Source of the DNA: Clostridiaceae bacterium
GTDB taxonomy: Bacteria; Bacillota; Clostridia; Saccharofermentanales; DTU023
DNA: 64,000 bases
Reading direction: 5' to 3'
Assembly: GCA_012518795.1 (NCBI GenBank)
Contig: JAAYRL010000006.1
Location: forward strand, 64,346-128,345
In this document: positions 59,059 through 64,000 of the stretch, piece after piece
Position numbering within the stretch: position 1 is the stretch's first letter
Layout: every line of letters starts with the position of its first letter
Notes under the pieces: generated by a model
What the model saw: only the letters and a program-made list of their open reading frames with translations
The model's database searches: none
Told to the model about the DNA's origin: nothing
Made by a program: the position numbers and the translations under genes

Positions 59059-59106
59059 CCACTTTCCACCACTTAGCGTGATAAACCCGCTACTTTCCTC
59101 CACTTT
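59059..59106 (-). promoter_or_regulatory. Four phased (A/T)AAGT(G/A)G boxes, candidate MraZ operator
   Basis: Minus strand reads AAAGTGGagg AAAGTAGcgg ...N... TAAGTGGtgg AAAGTGGtaa. Plus-strand CCACTTT-type boxes lie at 59059-65, 59069-75, 59090-96 and 59100-06. Spacing is 10 bp within each pair and 21 bp between pairs. Confidence 0.5.
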
Positions 59107-59112
59107 AATTGC

Positions 59113-59141
59113 ATTTTAGACTATTTTGATCTCTTATGCAA
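59113..59141 (-). promoter_or_regulatory. SigA-type promoter candidate for the dcw operon
   Basis: Minus strand: TTGCAT (59141-59136), exactly 17 nt spacer, TAAAAT (59118-59113). The boxes above start about 7 nt downstream. Confidence 0.5.
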
Positions 59142-59402
59142 CTAAAAATACAAATAATAACGCTGATTTTGATTAAAAATTGAAATTATTATTTAAACAA
59201 TCAAAAACAAGAAAAAAGGGGCTCAAAATTGAAGTATACAAATAATTTTCCAGATAATAATTAAGTTAAAAATCATTTTAGAAATGTTATTAAACATATT
59301 TAATGGACCTCATCAAGACTTATTAAATATGTTTTGATATTTGTTTTGTTATTTACCTGTAAATGAAGCTTTGATAGTCAGAAATATTGACGGAATTGAT
59401 AT

Positions 59403-59690
59403 TTAAGAAGATACCTTTTTACAATGTTTTTCCAGAGGACATCCTCGACAATTCATTTGCTTTTTGCAGTACTCCTTACCATTATGTACAATCAGGACTT
59501 GAAAATGGTTATAAAGCTCCGCATCTTGAGGAAGCTCACTTTCACAAAAGTTCTTCACTTCCACATAAGTCTTTCCGGCATCAACATGACTTATAAACCA
59601 TTCTGTGACAGATTTTAGATACTGTGATTTTTACCTGTAAAAACCTGTGGGGCGGATGATTTCCTGAAGATCTTCTATAGGTAAGGTCAT
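59403..59690 (-). pseudogene. Decayed remnant of an endonuclease III-related (HhH-GPD, COG2231-like) gene with an in-frame stop and internal deletion
   Basis: My minus-strand translation from the ATG at 59690 (GGAG SD): MTLPIEDLQEIIRPTGFYR*KSQYLKSVTEWFISHVDAGKTYVEVKNFCESELPQDAELYNHFQVLIVHNGKEYCKKQMNCRGCPLEKHCKKVSS*. The in-frame TAA is at 59633-59631. The N-terminal ~70 aa and the central HhH-GPD segment of the family are absent. Missed by the M-start ORF track. Confidence 0.6.
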
Positions 59691-59711
59691 AATTTGCTCC
59701 TGAGCAGAAAA

Positions 59712-60857
59712 TTATAAATCGCTCTGTTTCATCAATTGATAATTGATCGATACATTGAGCATCAGACCTAACATGAAATAATTGACAACCATAGAGCTGC
59801 CACCACTGCTAATAAAAGGCAAAGGAATACCTGTAATTGGTAAAACACCTACATTCATGCCGATATTTTCTACAAAATGAAATCCCTGAACAGCTACTAA
59901 TCCCATCATCATATAGGAAGATGCTAAATCATATTCCACCATTTTGATTGCTACATAAATTGCTCTGAGCAAGAAAATCACAATTAAAATAATAAGTAAA
60001 GTTGTACCAATAAAACCGGTATATTCAGAAACAGCTGAAAAAATAAAATCCGACTCTTTAACCGGCACCGGAATATCAATTCCCGCTTCACGACCGGTAA
60101 TCCCTCCTGAAGCAACAGCTTTCAAGGATTGTTCAATATGATAATTTGAGTTGGGATCATGTCCCGGAAAAAGAAAGGTCATAATCCTATTCTTTTGATA
60201 TTCATCTAAATAATAATTCCAAGCAAGTGGTATTGCTATAATCCCGGTTGTAGCTCCGGCAATGATATAACGCCATTTCAAACCGAAAACAAATATCATT
60301 ATTAAAATCATTAATAAAATCACGAAAAATGTACCAAAATCCGGCTCCATTGCAATAAGAAACATTGGAACAACGGAGATGCAAGTAATATAAAGAAAAC
60401 CACGAAGTAAACTGATTTCTTCTTTTTTAATTTTCGCTAAGTAGATAGCCACCAACATTGCTATTCCAACCTTCGCTAATTCAGAAGGTTGAAATGTGCC
60501 GAAGATCGGGAAACGAATCCAGCTATCTGCTCCGGTAAAATCATACATCGAAAAACCATCAATGTGTACGATAACGAGCAAAACAACACTAACAAAATAA
60601 GTTATATATCCAATTAATCCTACAACAGGTAAGTCTGCCAGAGATATTAATAATGCCAACAGAATGCCGATCATTATTGCACCTATTTGTTTAATCAAAT
60701 TTCCGGGATATTCACCTGCTCCATAACCGGCTTGAAAGACCAAACTTAACACATAGATACCGATAATAGTCATTAATAAAACAGGAATGAGCAACCAATA
60801 ATCTAAAAGTTTAAAATACGACTCGGTTTTTGATTTTAATTGTTGACGTTTATGCAC
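59712..60857 (-). CDS. rodA: SEDS-family protein RodA/FtsW
   Basis: 10-TM SEDS protein (QPSELAKV, LPFISSGGSS) outside the dcw cluster. GTG start with a GAGGGA SD. Confidence 0.85.
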   Translation of the reverse strand: MHKRQQLKSKTESYFKLLDYWLLIPVLLMTIIGIYVLSLVFQAGYGAGEYPGNLIKQIGAIMIGILLALLISLADLPVVGLIGYITYFVSVVLLVIVHIDGFSMYDFTGADSWIRFPIFGTFQPSELAKVGIAMLVAIYLAKIKKEEISLLRGFLYITCISVVPMFLIAMEPDFGTFFVILLMILIMIFVFGLKWRYIIAGATTGIIAIPLAWNYYLDEYQKNRIMTFLFPGHDPNSNYHIEQSLKAVASGGITGREAGIDIPVPVKESDFIFSAVSEYTGFIGTTLLIILIVIFLLRAIYVAIKMVEYDLASSYMMMGLVAVQGFHFVENIGMNVGVLPITGIPLPFISSGGSSMVVNYFMLGLMLNVSINYQLMKQSDL

Positions 60858-60911
60858 TCTTTTCCCTCAATTAAAAATTTTAATTTGTTTAATCAGTTAA
60901 ATCATTGTTTG

Positions 60912-61919
60912 TTATTCGATTTCCGAATTGTTTTCTTCAGAATTGTTTTCTTCAGAATTCTTTTCTATGGTTTGGTTTTCATCTGATGAATTAACCGGAT
61001 TTAACGGAACAAAATCACTTGCCGATTTTTCTGAAAGTGCTGAGTCTGTAACTCCATCAGCTACCTCCATATTCTCTATCGGTTTACGGCGCGAAATAAC
61101 TATAAATGCAACTATACCTATTAAAACAAATATTAATGAAAGTGCCTGGGATACGCGAATGGTTGTATTGCCAATGAATAAGGAATCTGTACGTAAACCT
61201 TCTACACCGAATCGAACTAAACCGTAAAGAACAAGATACCAAGCTGAGGTTTCACCGCGTTTTTTAGATTTTTTTCTGATTTGATACAAAATTATAAAAA
61301 TTAAAAAATTCGCAATACTCTCATATAAAAACGTCGGATGGACCGGAGATAGCGGTGCATACTTGTCTCCATACTGCGAAAGATATTGATACGTATTTTC
61401 ACTATACATGCCCCAAGGTAAATCTGTGTTGGCTCCAAAAGCCTCTTGATTAAAGAAATTGCCCCAACGTCCGATTGCATGACCTAAAGGAACGTATACA
61501 GCCAGGAAATCCATGAAATCTATTAAGTGAATTTTCTTGTGCTTTGCCATAACAAGCACCGCAAGAATACCGCCGATCAATCCTCCGTAAAAAGCCAATC
61601 CGCCATGCCTGGTCTGGAATATTTTCATTAAATCATCCGAAAATTCATCCCAGGAAAAAACAACATAATAGAGTCTTGCTCCAATGATTGCTAAAATCAT
61701 AATCAGAAGAAACGTATCAACAATGTGATCGCTCTTTATGTCATATTTAGGTGCCTGCTTTACAGCAAGTAAAAAACAAATCAAAAAAGCTGCAGCGATG
61801 ATGATACCATACCAATAAATATTGATTTCCCGGTCACCCAAATTAAAAGAGAAAGCAACAGGGTTGATAGGCAATGAATATATTCCCAATCCGGGAAAAG
61901 AAACATGATATGTTTCCAT
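60912..61919 (-). CDS. lgt: Prolipoprotein diacylglyceryl transferase
   Basis: YGIIIA, GARLYYV, GGLAFYGG, GRWGNFFNQE, HPTFLYES motifs. Acidic C-terminal extension ending in EENNS repeats. Confidence 0.95.
   Translation of the reverse strand: METYHVSFPGLGIYSLPINPVAFSFNLGDREINIYWYGIIIAAAFLICFLLAVKQAPKYDIKSDHIVDTFLLIMILAIIGARLYYVVFSWDEFSDDLMKIFQTRHGGLAFYGGLIGGILAVLVMAKHKKIHLIDFMDFLAVYVPLGHAIGRWGNFFNQEAFGANTDLPWGMYSENTYQYLSQYGDKYAPLSPVHPTFLYESIANFLIFIILYQIRKKSKKRGETSAWYLVLYGLVRFGVEGLRTDSLFIGNTTIRVSQALSLIFVLIGIVAFIVISRRKPIENMEVADGVTDSALSEKSASDFVPLNPVNSSDENQTIEKNSEENNSEENNSEIE
60925..60969 (-). repeat. 15-bp in-frame tandem repeat x3 at the lgt 3' end (gaattgttttcttca)
   Basis: Units at 60925-39, 60940-54 and 60955-69 (the last degenerate). 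They encode the NSEEN repeats of the Lgt tail. Confidence 0.8.
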
Positions 61920-62026
61920 ATGAACCTCCAGAAAAGTTTTCGTTATTTCTTCAATTTTTTCTAAATTAACAAATTTTACTTTAGTATATAATAAAACATT
62001 CTTAACAATCTGACAGACAAATTTTT

Positions 62027-62965
62027 TTAAAAAATTCCTTGAGCATGTATGCTTTCTACTAAATCCAAATCATACATAATCCGTTTTTTCATCGCATCAA
62101 CCGATTTAAAAATCATCTCATCACGAACAAAATCCAACAAAACTACCATGACTTCTTCATTATATAAATCAATATTTTTATCATAGATATAGGTCTCAAC
62201 TTTTATCTGATAATCATTACTGACTGTCGGATTGGTACCGATTGACGTAATGGCAGGCAGAGTCTGATTTTGAAATATCACATGTGACACATAAACCCCA
62301 AACCGCGGTTTTACCAAATCAGCATCAAAAATAATATTCAGAGTCGGAAAGCCGAGCGTTCTGCCCAGTTTCTTGCCATGGACAACTTCGCCTTGGATGC
62401 GGTAATTATACCCTAAACATTGATTAGCCTGTTTGATATCGCCCTGTTCAATCAATTCTCTGATTAGAGTCGAAGAAATTTTGTGATCACCGAATTTAAC
62501 ATCACCTACAACAAGCAAATCTATTCCTGTTTGCTTCGTCCATTGTTCAAGTAATTCCACATTGCCCTGTCCCCGATAACCGAAACGAGCATCTTTACCA
62601 ACTATTAAAGCTTCCATACCAAAGCCTTTTAATAAATATTTATGATAAAAATCGTCTGCCGATATCATTTTTACTTGGTCGATCATCGGTGCCAAGATCA
62701 TTTCCTGAACATTGAGTTCGGCAATTCTGGCTAAACGACTTTCTGATTTCTGAATCAGACCGGAAAATTTCAGATAATTATTAAAATTACTATGGGGATG
62801 ATCACCGAAAGTGAATACAGTCGGGATCAAATCCCTAACCTGACTGATCGCAATCATTTCTTTGATCAATCTTTGATGACCTAAATGAACCCCGTCAAAA
62901 AAGCCAAGAGCAATTGCTCGTGGTTGATTTGCTACTTGAAATGGAAAATCTCGGTATATCTTCAT
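62027..62965 (-). CDS. ribF: Bifunctional riboflavin kinase / FMN adenylyltransferase
   Basis: GFFDGVHLGHQ, then riboflavin kinase motifs (GRTLGFPTLN, VETYI). Start moved to the ATG at 62965, 1 nt after the truB stop. Confidence 0.93.
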   Translation of the reverse strand: MKIYRDFPFQVANQPRAIALGFFDGVHLGHQRLIKEMIAISQVRDLIPTVFTFGDHPHSNFNNYLKFSGLIQKSESRLARIAELNVQEMILAPMIDQVKMISADDFYHKYLLKGFGMEALIVGKDARFGYRGQGNVELLEQWTKQTGIDLLVVGDVKFGDHKISSTLIRELIEQGDIKQANQCLGYNYRIQGEVVHGKKLGRTLGFPTLNIIFDADLVKPRFGVYVSHVIFQNQTLPAITSIGTNPTVSNDYQIKVETYIYDKNIDLYNEEVMVVLLDFVRDEMIFKSVDAMKKRIMYDLDLVESIHAQGIF

Positions 62966-62966
62966 T

Positions 62967-63947
62967 TTACACCTTGTCTGCCAATACTCTCTGATATTGA
63001 ACTTCATTCAATTTGTTCAAACTCACTATAGCTAACAATCTATTATTATATAGCAATTGGATTAAGGATGTTGCATCAATTTCTGCCAAACCATCAATTA
63101 TTAATTTCTGTCCATGAGTAACCTTTTCAGCTTCAGTCTGATTCAAATGGTATTGCGGAAAATCGGATAGAGCTTTTTCAATCGGATAAAAATATTTTTG
63201 CTCAATTTCATTGCGCAATTTACTTTGATCTGCAGCAAATTCTTCTTTTTTCTTAAATAACTCGTCTAAGGTTACCGAACCATTGCCCAATTCCAGATTG
63301 CCACATTTCTGTCTGACTAAAGATCTGGCATAGGCATAACATTTTGCTTTTCTGCCTAAATCATCAATCCAAGTCCTAATATATGTTCCTTTAGAACAAG
63401 AAATTGTTGCTGTACAGACCCACTGTTCATTCTGTAATCTAATTTTTGAAAGCTCAGCTTGATATATATTTATCTTTCTCGCTTGTCTGTCAACCTCCTG
63501 GCCTTTTCTGGCATATTTATAAAGAGGTTTTCCGGCAATTTTAACTGCAGAATACATCGGCGGAATTTGTTCAATTTCGCCTGTCAAATCAGATTCAACA
63601 ACGTTATGCAAAACCCGATCCAGTTCACCTGAACTAATTAGTTGATGCAATTCTGTCGGATCAACTGAATCAATAATTTGTCCGGTTTTATCCATGGTAT
63701 CAGTAGCTGCGCCCAGAACAAATTCAACTTGATAGGTTTTATCCATTGCTTCCAGATATTGGGCAAGTTTTGTATACCGACCGAATAATACAGGTAACAT
63801 ACCGGTCGCAAAAGGATCAAGTGTCCCGCAATGTCCGATTTTCTTGATACCTGTCAAAGCTCTCAAGCGAGAAATTACACCAAAAGATGTAATGTCTGAA
63901 TCTTTATCGATTAATAATAAACCGTTAAATTCTATTTTATTTTGCAC
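62967..63947 (-). CDS. truB: tRNA pseudouridine(55) synthase
   Basis: GLLLIDK, GHCGTLDPFATG (catalytic Asp), KGTYIR motifs. GTG start with GGAGA upstream. Confidence 0.95.
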   Translation of the reverse strand: MQNKIEFNGLLLIDKDSDITSFGVISRLRALTGIKKIGHCGTLDPFATGMLPVLFGRYTKLAQYLEAMDKTYQVEFVLGAATDTMDKTGQIIDSVDPTELHQLISSGELDRVLHNVVESDLTGEIEQIPPMYSAVKIAGKPLYKYARKGQEVDRQARKINIYQAELSKIRLQNEQWVCTATISCSKGTYIRTWIDDLGRKAKCYAYARSLVRQKCGNLELGNGSVTLDELFKKKEEFAADQSKLRNEIEQKYFYPIEKALSDFPQYHLNQTEAEKVTHGQKLIIDGLAEIDATSLIQLLYNNRLLAIVSLNKLNEVQYQRVLADKV

Positions 63948-64000
63948 AGATCATTATCTCCGCTTGTTTAATCAAATCAGCTACAATCAGATTTGCATCA
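63937..64000 (-). CDS. 3' end of an unidentified upstream gene (partial, window edge)
   Basis: Open minus-strand frame ...DANLIVADLIKQAEIMICAK* ending at 63939-63937 and overlapping the truB start. Too short to identify. Confidence 0.3.
   Translation of the reverse strand, partial: DANLIVADLIKQAEIMICAK

Noticed and set aside
1-64000. Mobile elements, prophage, defence islands, rRNA/tRNA genes
   Set aside because: No transposase, integrase, recombinase, restriction, toxin-antitoxin or cas-like ORFs, no long inverted terminal repeats, and no tRNA-like GC-rich cloverleaf segments were seen in any intergenic gap.

Overview
AT-rich chromosomal core region of a Gram-positive (Bacillota-type) bacterium, with about 60 protein genes. 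I found no rRNA, tRNA, CRISPR array, transposase, integrase or phage genes. Left to right: (i) the start of a small pseudopilin-like (TadE-like) operon that runs off the left edge and is full of short tandem repeats. (ii) pheS-pheT, an MBL-fold hydrolase and a degenerate methylglyoxal-synthase-like gene (minus strand). (iii) An eight-gene plus-strand aromatic amino-acid supraoperon (aminotransferase, pheA, aroB, aroC, aroQ, aroA, tyrA, DAHP synthase), followed by feoAB. (iv) A response regulator / ABC-2 exporter / sensor-less histidine kinase module. (v) tadA and plsC (plus strand). (vi) A roughly 38 kb co-directional minus-strand run: hflX, murJ, an orphan methylaspartate ammonia-lyase, trmL, a lipobox PBP, ddl, coaD, rsmD, recG, nth. 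The run continues with a two-component system plus an HtrA-like protein that lacks the catalytic His and Ser, then nrdR. It ends with a compact dcw cluster (mraZ rsmH ftsL pbp murF mraY ftsW murG divIB sbp ftsZ, with no ftsA, murD, murE or murC in it), then rodA, lgt, ribF and truB. This is mostly ordinary housekeeping DNA and I see no clear novel multi-gene system. The items most worth a second look are small-scale: many short tandem duplications at gene boundaries, most notably about ten 16-17 bp units bridging two genes; a repeat-plus-hairpin leader upstream of the DAHP synthase gene; a pheST leader with no recognisable T-box; two apparent pseudoenzymes (HtrA-like, MGS-like); a decayed EndoIII-related pseudogene missed by the ORF track; and phased AAAGTG-type boxes just downstream of a good promoter upstream of mraZ. 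All coordinates were indexed by hand. Start codons were adjusted where a better Shine-Dalgarno/ATG lies inside the supplied ORF.
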